Shown piece by piece: positions 11,206 to 21,810 of a DNA stretch of 64,000 bases. Where the stretch lies: contig JAYGDX010000195.1 in NCBI GenBank assembly GCA_046582655.1, positions 1 to 64,000 on the forward strand, read 5' to 3'. The notes below the pieces were generated by a model. That model worked only from the letters and a program-made list of their open reading frames with translations. It had not been told where the DNA came from and searched no databases. Numbering within the stretch: position 1 is the stretch's first letter; each line of letters begins with the position of its first letter. Source of the stretch: Candidatus Poribacteria bacterium (GTDB taxonomy: Bacteria; Poribacteria; WGA-4E; UBA9662). The position numbers were made by a program, and so were the translations under genes.

Positions 11206-11939
11206 TGAACTAAGAAGCGATATTCTGTCTCGTAGTGGGGCGAAATCGCACGAATAAATTTCCGCAACGCTTGTTGAGTCAAATTTTTGAGGATGCTATT
11301 AGTTGGAGCAACTTCCGAGATGATCATTGATCCTAGACTATGCGCTTCACTAGCACGACGATTGTAAATTTCATCCCAAACAAACTCTTTGGTTGCAACG
11401 TCAACGATCCGAAGTTGCAGAGACAACACGTATGTTTTTTCTAGATAATCCTGATAGTAGGTTACATACCGTTGAAGTGTTCGAGAATACCGCTCGGAAT
11501 AAGCACGCCTTGGCTGACTCACGGCGTAAAAGTCATAGCTTCCGCCGATAACTGCGTCAACATCCATATATTCACCAATCGAAATAACACGATCAATATT
11601 TGCTTTGGCTAAAGTGTTAACGGCAGAGGCTTCACCATCAAGCATTAACGCTGTTTCTTGGGTGCTTATTACGTTCAGGTCCTTTTGCCTACCCAATTGG
11701 TATCGAAGTGTCAGCGCGATTTCCTTCCCGGTGTTTGCGGGAACATTTGCCAGCATATTTTTCCGCTTCACTGCCACAAACGGGAGAACCACAAAATTTG
11801 TGTACCGTTCGAGGTCTATTTGGGAATCAACCTTGACAGGAATATTGATTTTCCGGACGGAATCACCACACCCGAGAAGTACCATTATCATAGTGCTAGT
11901 TAGGACTAGCAAGCGCAACGCTTCAATCCTTCGATTCAT
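11202..11939 (-). CDS. Lipoprotein, CsgG/LpoB-like fold (hypothetical)
   Basis: Start reassigned to ATG 11939 (GGAG RBS); lipobox LLGC; VVLPF...IGEYMDVDAVIGG...LRIVDVAT pattern. Confidence 0.6.
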   Translation of the reverse strand: MNRRIEALRLLVLTSTMIMVLLGCGDSVRKINIPVKVDSQIDLERYTNFVVLPFVAVKRKNMLANVPANTGKEIALTLRYQLGRQKDLNVISTQETALMLDGEASAVNTLAKANIDRVISIGEYMDVDAVIGGSYDFYAVSQPRRAYSERYSRTLQRYVTYYQDYLEKTYVLSLQLRIVDVATKEFVWDEIYNRRASEAHSLGSMIISEVAPTNSILKNLTQQALRKFIRAISPHYETEYRFLVQ

Positions 11940-12285
11940 GGTTCTCCATCTCTGCAACTCTACGCGAAAATCGACATCTACGGTAATTGAACCGGTAGAA
12001 CTTGTTGTCTGAATCTAATTCAGTAGCCGTTTCGTAGGCTTGCAAAGCTGCATCTATTTTGCCCAATGCTTCATACGCAACACCAAGATTGTTATAAGCA
12101 GCAGCATACTTGGGATCGATCTGTAAAACTCGGTTCCAACGGAAAACAGCCTCGTTCCATAACTGAGCTTCGTATGCTTTGAAAGCAAACTTACTTTGAT
12201 GCTGGATTTCGATGGGTTGATGAGATGTCGAACATCCGATTTCAAACAGGATAGAGAGCATGGAAAATATCAGATAAATGCGCAA
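11923..12285 (-). CDS. Small TPR lipoprotein
   Basis: EIGC lipobox-like site; TPR motif AAAYNNLGVAYEALGKIDAALQAYETA. Confidence 0.8.
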   Translation of the reverse strand: MRIYLIFSMLSILFEIGCSTSHQPIEIQHQSKFAFKAYEAQLWNEAVFRWNRVLQIDPKYAAAYNNLGVAYEALGKIDAALQAYETATELDSDNKFYRFNYRRCRFSRRVAEMENHESKD

Positions 12286-12311
12286 TCTCCGACTCCTGTG
12301 AAGTTAGCAAT

Positions 12312-12340
12312 ATTCTACCCTTCCTCTATGGTGTCGTCAA
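12312..12340 (-). promoter_or_regulatory. sigma70-type promoter for the TPR-lipoprotein-Omp85 operon
   Basis: TTGACG-N17-TAGAAT on the minus strand. Confidence 0.6.
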
Positions 12341-12364
12341 GTAAAACCATGGTACGGCTATTCC

Positions 12365-12393
12365 TTGCTGATTTTACAGGTGCATGCTATAAT
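12365..12393 (+). promoter_or_regulatory. sigma70-type promoter for argH
   Basis: TTGCTG-N17-TATAAT with extended -10 TG; GAGG RBS before ATG 12417. Confidence 0.7.
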
Positions 12394-12416
12394 CAGCGAG
12401 ATATTCGAGGCTAGAA

Positions 12417-13931
12417 ATGAAAGACGGAAAGAAGTTATGGAGTGGTCGTTTTCAGGCTGATATGGATCAGCGGACGCAAGATTTTACTGAGTCAACGGAA
12501 ACAGATCTTCGTCTTGTTGAGTATGATATTTGGGGGAGCCAAACTCATGCTATCATGCTAACCAAACAGCGAATCATCTCCGACACAGATCTTCAGCAAA
12601 TAATACTATGTCTTGATCAAGTTGACCAAGACTTTAAAGCTGGTAATTTCGAACTTGATCCACAAAATGAAGACGTTCATATGAACGTTGAGTTGTATCT
12701 TATCGAGGGTGTAGGGGCGGAATTCGGTGGCAAATTGCATACGGCCAGATCGCGGAATGATCAGATATTAACGGACGTGCGTCTTTATCTTCGTCAGCAG
12801 ATTTTAGAAATGCAACAACAACTTAGTGGTCTCTGCCGTTCGTTTTTATTTATTGCTGATCAACATTATTATACAGTTATGCCGGGTTATACCCATACCC
12901 AGCACGCGCAACCGATAAGTCTTGGGTTCTGGGCAACCGCCTATGTCAGTAAGTTTCTTCGGGATTTAAAACGTTTCGATTCAGCTTATATGCTCATCAA
13001 TCAGAATCCACTTGGATCTGCCGCATTGGCAGGAACATCTTTCCCCATTGATCGCGGCCTGACGGCAGAACTCCTTGGATTTGACGGTGTCCAGGAACAT
13101 GCTCTTGATGTAATTAGTTCACGGGATTTTATCCTTGAAACACTTTCGACACTATCTATTTTAATGGTCGGGCTGTCCCGCTTTTGTGAAGAAATTATTT
13201 ACTGGACCACTTATGAATTTCGGATAGCGGCACTTGACGACCAATTTGCTTCGGGCAGTTCAATTATGCCACAGAAGAAAAATGCAGATCTGGCGGAGTT
13301 AACGCGAGGACGAACTGGTCGGGTTATAGGTGCGCTTATTGATGTATTGACTAACCTCAAAGGCCTACCAATGGGTTACAACCGTGATTTACAAGAGGAC
13401 AAACCACCATTGTGGCAGGCTCTTGATGTTGTACAATCATGCCTTTCGATTCTTCCAGACATGTTGAAAACGACCAACTTTGATACGGATCGGATGGCAC
13501 AATTATGTGAAGCGAATTTTATTATGGCAACTGAATTAGCGAACTACTTAGTTGCTGAACACGATATTCCGTTTCGTCAATGCCATGAGATCGTCGGAAG
13601 GATAGTTGGTGAACTATCAAGATCTGGCAGAACTTTTGCCGATCGGGATCAGACACAGCGTTTACTGAGCGAAAGGGGGATCGATTTGAAGATAGGTCAA
13701 CTCCAACGAGTTCTTGACCCTGTAGATGCACTTCAAAATAATAGGAGTGTTGGTGGTACTTCACCAATGGAGGTCAAACGAATGTCCCAGAATTTTTCAA
13801 CACAGCTTGATGAAATAGGGGTTCAAATAAGCTCGCGTTTGAGCCGTATCGACCGTGCCCGCAAAAAAACGAGGCAAATCGTAGATCTGGTTTTGGGTGG
13901 CAAATCGTTAACTACAATCGAAATTGATTGA
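12417..13931 (+). CDS. argH: Argininosuccinate lyase
   Basis: KLWSGRF, HTARSRNDQ, MPGYTHTQHAQP, GSSIMPQKKN, YNRDLQEDK. Confidence 0.96.
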   Translation: MKDGKKLWSGRFQADMDQRTQDFTESTETDLRLVEYDIWGSQTHAIMLTKQRIISDTDLQQIILCLDQVDQDFKAGNFELDPQNEDVHMNVELYLIEGVGAEFGGKLHTARSRNDQILTDVRLYLRQQILEMQQQLSGLCRSFLFIADQHYYTVMPGYTHTQHAQPISLGFWATAYVSKFLRDLKRFDSAYMLINQNPLGSAALAGTSFPIDRGLTAELLGFDGVQEHALDVISSRDFILETLSTLSILMVGLSRFCEEIIYWTTYEFRIAALDDQFASGSSIMPQKKNADLAELTRGRTGRVIGALIDVLTNLKGLPMGYNRDLQEDKPPLWQALDVVQSCLSILPDMLKTTNFDTDRMAQLCEANFIMATELANYLVAEHDIPFRQCHEIVGRIVGELSRSGRTFADRDQTQRLLSERGIDLKIGQLQRVLDPVDALQNNRSVGGTSPMEVKRMSQNFSTQLDEIGVQISSRLSRIDRARKKTRQIVDLVLGGKSLTTIEID

Positions 13932-16900
13932 AGCATTGTCGATCGTTTGAGTCAACGCATATTAGACAGTTCTTTTCTCTTAGCTTGAACTTACCTTCTT
14001 GAATATCAGTGATACGCTTAATCCAGCGGCCTTCGATTTCTTCGATTTCCAACAAGTTGAATCCAAAACGGTGTGAATATCCGGTTTGCGTAAAAAAAAT
14101 TGTTGTCGAAACGAATTCCTGATCAGCAAAAAGCCGATGGACGAGTAATGCCTGCAATTCGATTTGTGTTTGATAAAAATTAATTCTGTCTAAAATTGAT
14201 GAGATCCCAACATTTTCTGTCTTGTATTCGATTATTTCCCAAGTGCCATCTGAGGTCTTGAAGGTTCGATCAATCTCTCCATGAATGATGTGTTTCCCAA
14301 CCAAGGCATGCGCCTGATATCCGCAATAGCTTTCCTCCGCATTCAAAGCTGTGCCTCCAATCTCTGATTGAACGAAACGATCAACGTGGCTCTGAACAAC
14401 GTCAGCTAGTCCAGTAACGCCATGTGTTGCAGACTGAACTAGCGAATGTATCTGATTGCAGTCCGACCGGCTGTCAATCTGTGAGAGCACTTCGTACACG
14501 GCGATATCAAAAGGTTCATTAACATTATTATTAAATTGCCAGATTTCGCTATCCATTCCATCGATTGAAACACCAAGTTGACGCTTGAGATAGAACATCA
14601 CTGGGCAATAGGCATATGTAACGAGTTCGTTTACGCTGAAAGTTCCACCAAGATTGGAACTTTGGAGCAACTCGATATGAATTTCTGGTAGATTCATCGT
14701 CGGTTCAACAATCTGAGATTCTAGGATCCTTGTGCTGGATCCCAGTTCGGATACCGAATGAATAACAGACAATGGAAGTGTAAAACTAACTTGATCATAC
14801 GAACCTTCAAGCTCAGGGCTCATCACTTCAATGGTAACGGGAAACTCGTACAAACTCTGATGAATTTCATCTGTCAACCCCAAAGCATCTAATGTCCAGG
14901 ACAACCATCCTTTCGGTCGTTTTCCCACTTCAAGAGTACCTGACAGTATCAGGCGATCTCTAGCACGTGTGATTGCAACGTAAAAAAGCCTTTTTTCTTC
15001 AGCAAGTTGACGGTTTGTTAATCGGATTTTTATAATTTCGGTCATCGCTGGACCACTTTTATCGAAATTCTGGCTTGGATTTTTCGGACTTATGCCAATC
15101 CCGACTTCAGCATCAACTAGTGGTTCCGAATCTGTTCTCGGTGCGTGATGCAGATCAGGCAATATGACAACGGGAAATTCAAGTCCCTTTGAGGCATGTA
15201 CTGTCATAATTTGTACACTGTCGCTAGCATGTTCAATAACTGCCTGTTCTTCCCGATCCTCTTCTACAATCATGATTTCGATCTGTTCCAGAAAGTTGGA
15301 TAGTCTCGTAAAGCTAGATTTATCAAATTCTCTGGCAATATCAAGTAGTTTTTCATAATTTGCCCAGCGTTGATTTCCTTGTCGCCCCACACTGAGTATA
15401 CTAATCATCCCAGTTTCGCCTACAACTTTCCGGATTAACGTGCTGATCGGTAGATTGGCAAAGATATTGAGATGTCGAGTTAAAGTTTCTATTGCACTGT
15501 GGACTTCCGCCTGATCTAAATGCAATCTGCCGTAATTCTTCAATTTCTCCCACAGGTATGAATGCAATTTCATACGCGTGATTTCGTATAATTTGGTGTC
15601 CGATAAGCTAAAGAAAGGTGCGCGTAACAAGCCAAAGAGAGCAACATCGTTAGAAGAATTCTCTAAGAACTGTAGATAGTTGATAATGTCATAAATCTCC
15701 TGCCGCTGATAGAACCCGATTCCACCTGCGATTCGATACGGAATCTCTGCTTGAATGAATTGGCTCTCAATTTGCGGCAAGTGTGTTCGATTACGAATTA
15801 AAACAGCAATATCACTATATCGAATTGGTCGTGCCATCTCACCCATGTCGGTTCGTTTCCAGACAGTCGCTTCCGTATTAATCAGGTGATGAATACGAGC
15901 GGTAATCAGTTGATATTCGTTCTGGGTTTCGGATCCAAGTAATAATTCTATATCACCTGAAGCATTGTTGATCCGTCCTTTGATCAATGGATCGTATCTA
16001 ACTTCAAATTCATTTTCTGGCTCATAACCCATGATCTGTTCAAAGAGGAGGTTAACGAAAGCAATCAGATTTCTAAGAAACCGGAAATTCTCTGCCAAAT
16101 GCAGGCTTCCACATTTCTCTCGTTGTGTTGACGACAGCAACTGTTCGTCCCACTTGAAATCGCTCGCGTTCTTTTCCTGATATTCGAGTATTTCGTTTGT
16201 GGTCTGTTGAAATACTCGCACATCTGCATCGCGAAAACCATATATGCTCTGTTTCTGATCTCCAACAATGAAAAAGTTTCCGGTGGAAAAATCTGAGATT
16301 ATCGGCTTCAAAATTTCATATTGCAACATATTAGTATCCTGATATTCATCCACCATAATGTACGCATAACGTTGCGCCAAGCGATTCCGAATCGCTGGAT
16401 TCCGTAGTAGAGTTTTGGATTTCACCAATATATCATCGAAATCAAGTACACTCTGTTGAGCATTCTGTGTGTCATAATGATCACGAACCTTGCGGTAGAT
16501 CTCGACTAATGAATGGCTGATACCAACTAACAATCGATCATCAGAATTAATTGACGGAAACGTTTTAACTGTTTGCCCAGCTTCGACCAAAAATTGAACT
16601 TGGTTTTCAAATTCTTCAATCTTTGTTCCTCTCCCAAAGAAGTTCTGCTTAGCAATGTTCTTTTTGTCCCTAGTCAAAATAAGATCGGAAATCTGGTTAA
16701 GTATCGGGATGTTTTTTTGCAGATTTCGGTTTGCGTCAAGTTTGTCAACTAAATCTCTTACAGTTTTTGCATTTCTGCCTGTTGCAATGGTCAGTGCTGT
16801 ATTGAGTTGATTGATCCAGGTTTCAATGGAGAATTTCTTCTCGATAATCTGGCTCAATTGATCTTGAATAAATTGTTGCCAATATGAAAGTATTTGGTCG

Positions 16901-17478
16901 TCACTCAATTGATAGATCTTATCAGAGAGTTGATCAATGGCGTATCGGCGGGAAAAAAATTTGGTGATGATCTGCTCAAATCGTTTTTCGCCGAAAATCC
17001 TGAGTAAGTTTGCCAGACGCTGGCGGCTCGAATCCTCTTCGGGATATTCAGCGATTGTTTTTAGAATAGACTTAACGGAATTTCTAACCGATATTCGTTG
17101 TTCAATGCCATTGATGATTCGAAAACCAATATCTACCTCCGCTTCAATTGGATGTTCCCTCAGAATCTTGGAGCAGAATGCGTGAATGGTCGAAATCTGA
17201 GCGGAAATCATGTTTCCTTTGATCTCTATCAGTTTGTCGACATCTCGTCCATCTGAGATACGATTTTCAATCTCGTGGAAGATACGTTGGCGAAGTTCGG
17301 TCGCGGCTTTCTCCGTAAATGTGATAGCAACGACTTGTCCAACTCGGAGATTTTTTTTAATCAGGATTTCGATGTATCGATTAACAAGAACTGCTGTTTT
17401 ACCAGAGCCGGCTCCAGCCGTCAACGCAATATGGCGTTCAATATCGTGGGCTTTCTTCTGGTTCAGCGTTAGCTTCAT
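13912..17478 (-). CDS. addA: UvrD/AddA-like helicase with C-terminal PD-(D/E)xK nuclease-like domain
   Basis: AGAGSGKT, ITFTEKAA, VDEYQDT, VGDQKQSIYGFR, MTVHASKGLEFP, EEKRLFYVAITRARD; C-terminal GEID...IIEYKT. Confidence 0.8.
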   Translation of the reverse strand: MKLTLNQKKAHDIERHIALTAGAGSGKTAVLVNRYIEILIKKNLRVGQVVAITFTEKAATELRQRIFHEIENRISDGRDVDKLIEIKGNMISAQISTIHAFCSKILREHPIEAEVDIGFRIINGIEQRISVRNSVKSILKTIAEYPEEDSSRQRLANLLRIFGEKRFEQIITKFFSRRYAIDQLSDKIYQLSDDQILSYWQQFIQDQLSQIIEKKFSIETWINQLNTALTIATGRNAKTVRDLVDKLDANRNLQKNIPILNQISDLILTRDKKNIAKQNFFGRGTKIEEFENQVQFLVEAGQTVKTFPSINSDDRLLVGISHSLVEIYRKVRDHYDTQNAQQSVLDFDDILVKSKTLLRNPAIRNRLAQRYAYIMVDEYQDTNMLQYEILKPIISDFSTGNFFIVGDQKQSIYGFRDADVRVFQQTTNEILEYQEKNASDFKWDEQLLSSTQREKCGSLHLAENFRFLRNLIAFVNLLFEQIMGYEPENEFEVRYDPLIKGRINNASGDIELLLGSETQNEYQLITARIHHLINTEATVWKRTDMGEMARPIRYSDIAVLIRNRTHLPQIESQFIQAEIPYRIAGGIGFYQRQEIYDIINYLQFLENSSNDVALFGLLRAPFFSLSDTKLYEITRMKLHSYLWEKLKNYGRLHLDQAEVHSAIETLTRHLNIFANLPISTLIRKVVGETGMISILSVGRQGNQRWANYEKLLDIAREFDKSSFTRLSNFLEQIEIMIVEEDREEQAVIEHASDSVQIMTVHASKGLEFPVVILPDLHHAPRTDSEPLVDAEVGIGISPKNPSQNFDKSGPAMTEIIKIRLTNRQLAEEKRLFYVAITRARDRLILSGTLEVGKRPKGWLSWTLDALGLTDEIHQSLYEFPVTIEVMSPELEGSYDQVSFTLPLSVIHSVSELGSSTRILESQIVEPTMNLPEIHIELLQSSNLGGTFSVNELVTYAYCPVMFYLKRQLGVSIDGMDSEIWQFNNNVNEPFDIAVYEVLSQIDSRSDCNQIHSLVQSATHGVTGLADVVQSHVDRFVQSEIGGTALNAEESYCGYQAHALVGKHIIHGEIDRTFKTSDGTWEIIEYKTENVGISSILDRINFYQTQIELQALLVHRLFADQEFVSTTIFFTQTGYSHRFGFNLLEIEEIEGRWIKRITDIQEGKFKLREKNCLICVDSNDRQCFNQFRL

Positions 17479-18557
17479 CTACTATCTGGTGGGAGCAGAA
17501 TAACGTCTTCAGGAGCTATCCAGCAAGTGAGTTGTTCCCCAATCTGTGTTCCGTGATTGCCTGGCTTATAACGTGCTGCCTTGAGTGGAATCTTGTCGTT
17601 GACAAGAAGGTGATATTCTTCGATTCGGCCGAGATAGGTAATACCAGTAACTTTTGCTCCAAACTGATTGACAACGCCTTGAGGAAACGAGCCCCCAACT
17701 TGGATGGCTTCAGGACGAATTGAGCAAGATACCTTTTCATCTTTCTGAAAGGACTTTTCTGTGTGACTTGAAAGCACTCCGATTTCAGAGTTAATTACCA
17801 TCTCGCCTGTTCCATGCGACTGAATGGATCCACAAACGAAGTTTGTTTCACCAATAAAGTTGGCAACAAATGTATTGGCGGGAGAACAATAGACTTGACG
17901 AGGTGTTCCAACTTGAATGATCTTCCCATCTTTCATTACTGCCATTCGGTCAGCCAGTGAGAGTGCCTCACTCTGATCGTGGGTAACATATATTGCTGTA
18001 ATGTCCGATTGTGAATGAATCCGCCTAATCTCGTTACGCATCTCCAACCGAAGTTTGGCGTCTATGTTGCTTAATGGTTCATCCAGTAGCAAGACATCTG
18101 GTTCGATGACAAGTGCCCTCGCCAACGCAACGCGCTGTTGCTGTCCACCAGAAAGTTTGTTAATTGGACGATCAATGTAGTCCTCCATTTGTATAGTTTG
18201 TAATGCGGAAAAAACTTTCTCTCGACGTAGGCTCTTTTTCTCCTTCCGAAGGGATAAACCATACTCGATATTTTCCGCTACTGTCATGTGTGGCCATAGG
18301 GCATAGTTCTGGAATACCATTCCGGTATTTCGCTTATGAGGAGGGACATTGTTCATCAGATTGTCACCGAAAAATAACTCTCCGGAGTCAGGTTGATAAA
18401 AACCAGCTATTGTGCGCAAACAAGTTGTCTTACCACAACCAGAGGGACCTAACAAAAAAAAGAGTTCGCCTTTTTCAACATTCAAGCTGATGCCATCTAG
18501 GGCAAATGTTGTATCGAAAGTTTTGACAACATTGGCTAAACGCACTTCTATAGACAA
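17475..18557 (-). CDS. ABC transporter ATP-binding protein (PotA/FbpC-like, C-terminal TOBE)
   Basis: GPSGCGKTT, VFQNYALWPH, LSGGQQQRVALARAL, LLLDEP. Confidence 0.92.
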   Translation of the reverse strand: MSIEVRLANVVKTFDTTFALDGISLNVEKGELFFLLGPSGCGKTTCLRTIAGFYQPDSGELFFGDNLMNNVPPHKRNTGMVFQNYALWPHMTVAENIEYGLSLRKEKKSLRREKVFSALQTIQMEDYIDRPINKLSGGQQQRVALARALVIEPDVLLLDEPLSNIDAKLRLEMRNEIRRIHSQSDITAIYVTHDQSEALSLADRMAVMKDGKIIQVGTPRQVYCSPANTFVANFIGETNFVCGSIQSHGTGEMVINSEIGVLSSHTEKSFQKDEKVSCSIRPEAIQVGGSFPQGVVNQFGAKVTGITYLGRIEEYHLLVNDKIPLKAARYKPGNHGTQIGEQLTCWIAPEDVILLPPDSR

Positions 18558-18573
18558 GCTAATATTTCCTCAG

Positions 18574-19380
18574 TTAATTTGGGTTGCCATCGTACTCGGT
18601 TTTAATGCGCTGAAAAATCCTTTCGAATCTCGGTTTCCAACCATCCATCGACCAATAAATCATAAACGCTTGACCTTTTATATCCGATAGGGCAACCGGT
18701 CCCCATCCACGACTATCATAACTTTGATCACGGTTATCCCCCATAGCAAAAGCATAACCTGGAGGAACAATAAAAGGCTCATACTCTTTTAATGGAGTCG
18801 TGTAGTCCTTAAAGAATCGATCAAAAGTCTGTTCATCCAAATCTGAGAATTCTTGCCAACGTTCAAACGTTGGCAGATCCTGAGGTTGTGACCGGAATGG
18901 AGGAAATGGGGATCTTGAGGATCTTGGGGAATAGACACGAAAATTTCGCTGATCGTAAACATATTTTGTGTAGTTACTACTATCAATCTCCTGGTCATTG
19001 ACAAAAAGTTTATTATCCCGTGTTTCAACAGTATCTCCTGCAAGGGCAACAACGCGTTTAATATAATTTTTATGCCTTTCGTGAGGAGGAACAAAAACAA
19101 CAACATCACCCCGTGAAGGTTTATGATAACCAAAAAGCCGTGTCTCAGTACCTGGGATCTTAAAGCCATAGATAAATTTACATACTAAAATTCGGTCTCC
19201 GATCAGCAACGTATCTTCCATGGAACTCGATGGAATCTTATAGGCTTCAACAACAAAAGGTCGAATTAAACCAAATACGGCAGCGCAAGCAACAATGATA
19301 ACCTGTAAATATTCCCAGAATACTGTCTGCCGAAATCCCTGGAATTTTGTTATTTTTTGGTGAGTGAGTTTTTCTTCCAT
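18574..19380 (-). CDS. lepB: Signal peptidase I
   Basis: IPSSSMEDTL (catalytic Ser), YIKRVV (Lys), GDNRDQSYDSRGWG; start reassigned to ATG 19380 downstream of lepA. Confidence 0.93.
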   Translation of the reverse strand: MEEKLTHQKITKFQGFRQTVFWEYLQVIIVACAAVFGLIRPFVVEAYKIPSSSMEDTLLIGDRILVCKFIYGFKIPGTETRLFGYHKPSRGDVVVFVPPHERHKNYIKRVVALAGDTVETRDNKLFVNDQEIDSSNYTKYVYDQRNFRVYSPRSSRSPFPPFRSQPQDLPTFERWQEFSDLDEQTFDRFFKDYTTPLKEYEPFIVPPGYAFAMGDNRDQSYDSRGWGPVALSDIKGQAFMIYWSMDGWKPRFERIFQRIKTEYDGNPN

Positions 19381-19399
19381 ATGAGTTATACAAATCCTT

Positions 19400-21214
19400 C
19401 TATGTAGCGTATTCGCCATTCGTTGATAGGATTGCCATAAATGCTTCCTGAGGTACATCAACATTTCCTACCTGCTTCATTCTTTTTTTTCCTTCTTTCT
19501 GCTTTTCAAGCAATTTTCGTTTTCTCGTAATGTCACCGCCATAGCATTTGGCTGTGACATTTTTGCGGAGTTGACGAATTGTTTCGCGTGCAATAATTTT
19601 GTTACCAATCGTTGCTTGTATTGGAATTTCAAACATCTGTTGTGGAATTAGCTCACGCAATTTCTTGGCCAGCGCTCGTCCACGATAATGGGCATCATCT
19701 CTATGAAGAATTGTTGAAAGGGCATCAACGGATTTGCCATTCAGCAGGATATCGAGTTTGACGAGTTTTGATTCCTTGTATCCGCTGATTTCATACTCAA
19801 GTGAGCCGTAACCACGCGTTAAAGACTTCAGTTTGTCATGAAAATCAACTAGAATTTCGCTTAACGGCAGATCATATACAAGTAATGTTCGGGTTTGATC
19901 AAGCTGATCCATTTTGATAAAGCTACCCCGTCGCTTTTGACAGAGATCCATTACATTTCCGATGTAATCAGCTGGAACTATAATTTCCGCGGTAATATAC
20001 GGTTCTTCAATCCAATCTATCTGATCAGAGACTGGTAGATGCGCCGGGTTGTCAACCTCAATAGAATTCTGGTCAGTCAGATAAACATGTAATTTCACGC
20101 TTGGCGATGTGCGTATTAATGTCAAATTGAATTCGCGTTCAAGTCGTTCTTGAATTACCTCCATATGAAGTAAGCCGAGAAAACCACATCGGAACCCAAA
20201 ACCCAAAGCGACAGAACTTTCGGGTTCAAAACTGAAAGAAGAATCATTCAATTTTAATTTTTCTAACGCTTCTCGTAATGCAATAAAATCTCCTGTTTCG
20301 GCTGGATAGAGGCCACAGAATACAACTGGTTTCACTTTCCTATAGCCGGGTAAAGGATGTTCTGTTCGTCTCCCCACGTGTGTGATAGTGTCGCCAATTC
20401 TTGTATTCTCAATGTCTTTGATACTAGCAGTAATATACCCGACTGATCCAACCGAGAGTCTATCAATAGAATACATTTCTGGTAGGAATACGCCGAGATC
20501 TTCAACCTCGTGTGAGCTATCGGTTGCCATGGCATAAATATGATCTCCCACCTTAACTTGACCATCAAACACTCTAATATACATGACAACGCCGCGATAG
20601 CTATCATAAAATGAATCTATTAATAATGCTTTAAGTGGGGAATCCAATGTACCAGATGGCGGTGAGATCTGACTAACAATGGATTCCAAAACCTCTTTGG
20701 TTCCCAGCCCTTCCTTAGCGCTTGTTAATATTGCTTCGTCAGCCGGTATTCCGATGATCTCTTCAATCTGGTTTCGAACTTCATCCGGGCGAGCATGAGG
20801 TAGATCAATCTTGTTAATCACCGGAATAATCTCTAAATTTTTATCAATCGCCAAGTAAGCATTGGCGAGGGTTTGAGCTTCAACTCCCTGTGCTGCGTCG
20901 ACAATCAGGATTGCACCTTCACAAGCCATGAGGCTACGTGATACCTCATACGAGAAATCAACATGCCCTGGTGTATCAATTAGGTTTAGTTCGTAGGTTT
21001 CTCCGTCGTCAGCCGGATATTGTAAACGAACCACATTTGCCTTGATTGTAATTCCACGCTCACGTTCTAATTCCATTTGGTCAAGGACCTGATCACGCAT
21101 TTCACGTTGCGTCAATGCTCCGGTGTATTCTATTAAGCGATCACTGAGCGTGCTTTTACCATGATCGATATGCCCAAGAATACAATAGTTTCGAATTTTT
21201 TCTCGGTTTGACAT
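19400..21214 (-). CDS. lepA: Elongation factor 4 (LepA)
   Basis: [46 protein letters not shown]; start reassigned to ATG 21214. Confidence 0.97.
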   Translation of the reverse strand: MSNREKIRNYCILGHIDHGKSTLSDRLIEYTGALTQREMRDQVLDQMELERERGITIKANVVRLQYPADDGETYELNLIDTPGHVDFSYEVSRSLMACEGAILIVDAAQGVEAQTLANAYLAIDKNLEIIPVINKIDLPHARPDEVRNQIEEIIGIPADEAILTSAKEGLGTKEVLESIVSQISPPSGTLDSPLKALLIDSFYDSYRGVVMYIRVFDGQVKVGDHIYAMATDSSHEVEDLGVFLPEMYSIDRLSVGSVGYITASIKDIENTRIGDTITHVGRRTEHPLPGYRKVKPVVFCGLYPAETGDFIALREALEKLKLNDSSFSFEPESSVALGFGFRCGFLGLLHMEVIQERLEREFNLTLIRTSPSVKLHVYLTDQNSIEVDNPAHLPVSDQIDWIEEPYITAEIIVPADYIGNVMDLCQKRRGSFIKMDQLDQTRTLLVYDLPLSEILVDFHDKLKSLTRGYGSLEYEISGYKESKLVKLDILLNGKSVDALSTILHRDDAHYRGRALAKKLRELIPQQMFEIPIQATIGNKIIARETIRQLRKNVTAKCYGGDITRKRKLLEKQKEGKKRMKQVGNVDVPQEAFMAILSTNGEYAT

Positions 21215-21255
21215 CTTGTTATTTCGTTGAAGAATATGGGACGTGAGTGCCAAAG

Positions 21256-21810
21256 CTAAGGTTCGACAATCGGAATCCCCGCCTTGTCCATTGGACAATC
21301 TTTAGGATGGTAGGTTGGAGCATCAATCTTTGCCAAACAAAATTGTGGAATGCCAAAATCAATAGGGGTAGATGAACGATCGACGAGGAAAGCGGCAGCA
21401 ACCACTTCTCCCTTTTGTTCCTGGGTGAGATCTATCAGTTTGGAAACGGATCCCCCTGTCGTTAAGACGTCATCGACCACAAGGACGCGATCTCCAGAAT
21501 TAATTTGGAAACCCGGACGCAGTATCATTTCACCGTTTCGTTTCTCACCGAATATGGCACGTGCAATAAGTTCCTGTGCAATTTCATGAGCGATAATCAC
21601 GCCACCGATAGCTGGACCTATCACCACGTCAACTTCATTATCAATCTGGTTGGAAAGCTCTTTACAGAGTTGTGCGGCAATTTCTGGGTATTGCAACACA
21701 ACGGCTGTCTGCAAAAAACAGTCACTGTGCAAACCAGATCTGAGTCGAAAATGACCTTTGAGCAAAGCCCCCGTCTTCTCAAAAACCTCTAAAACCTTTT
21801 CTGTTGTCAT
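21256..21810 (-). CDS. pyrE: Orotate phosphoribosyltransferase
   Basis: [15 protein letters not shown] motif [13 protein letters not shown]; adjacent to pyrF. Confidence 0.93.
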   Translation of the reverse strand: MTTEKVLEVFEKTGALLKGHFRLRSGLHSDCFLQTAVVLQYPEIAAQLCKELSNQIDNEVDVVIGPAIGGVIIAHEIAQELIARAIFGEKRNGEMILRPGFQINSGDRVLVVDDVLTTGGSVSKLIDLTQEQKGEVVAAAFLVDRSSTPIDFGIPQFCLAKIDAPTYHPKDCPMDKAGIPIVEP

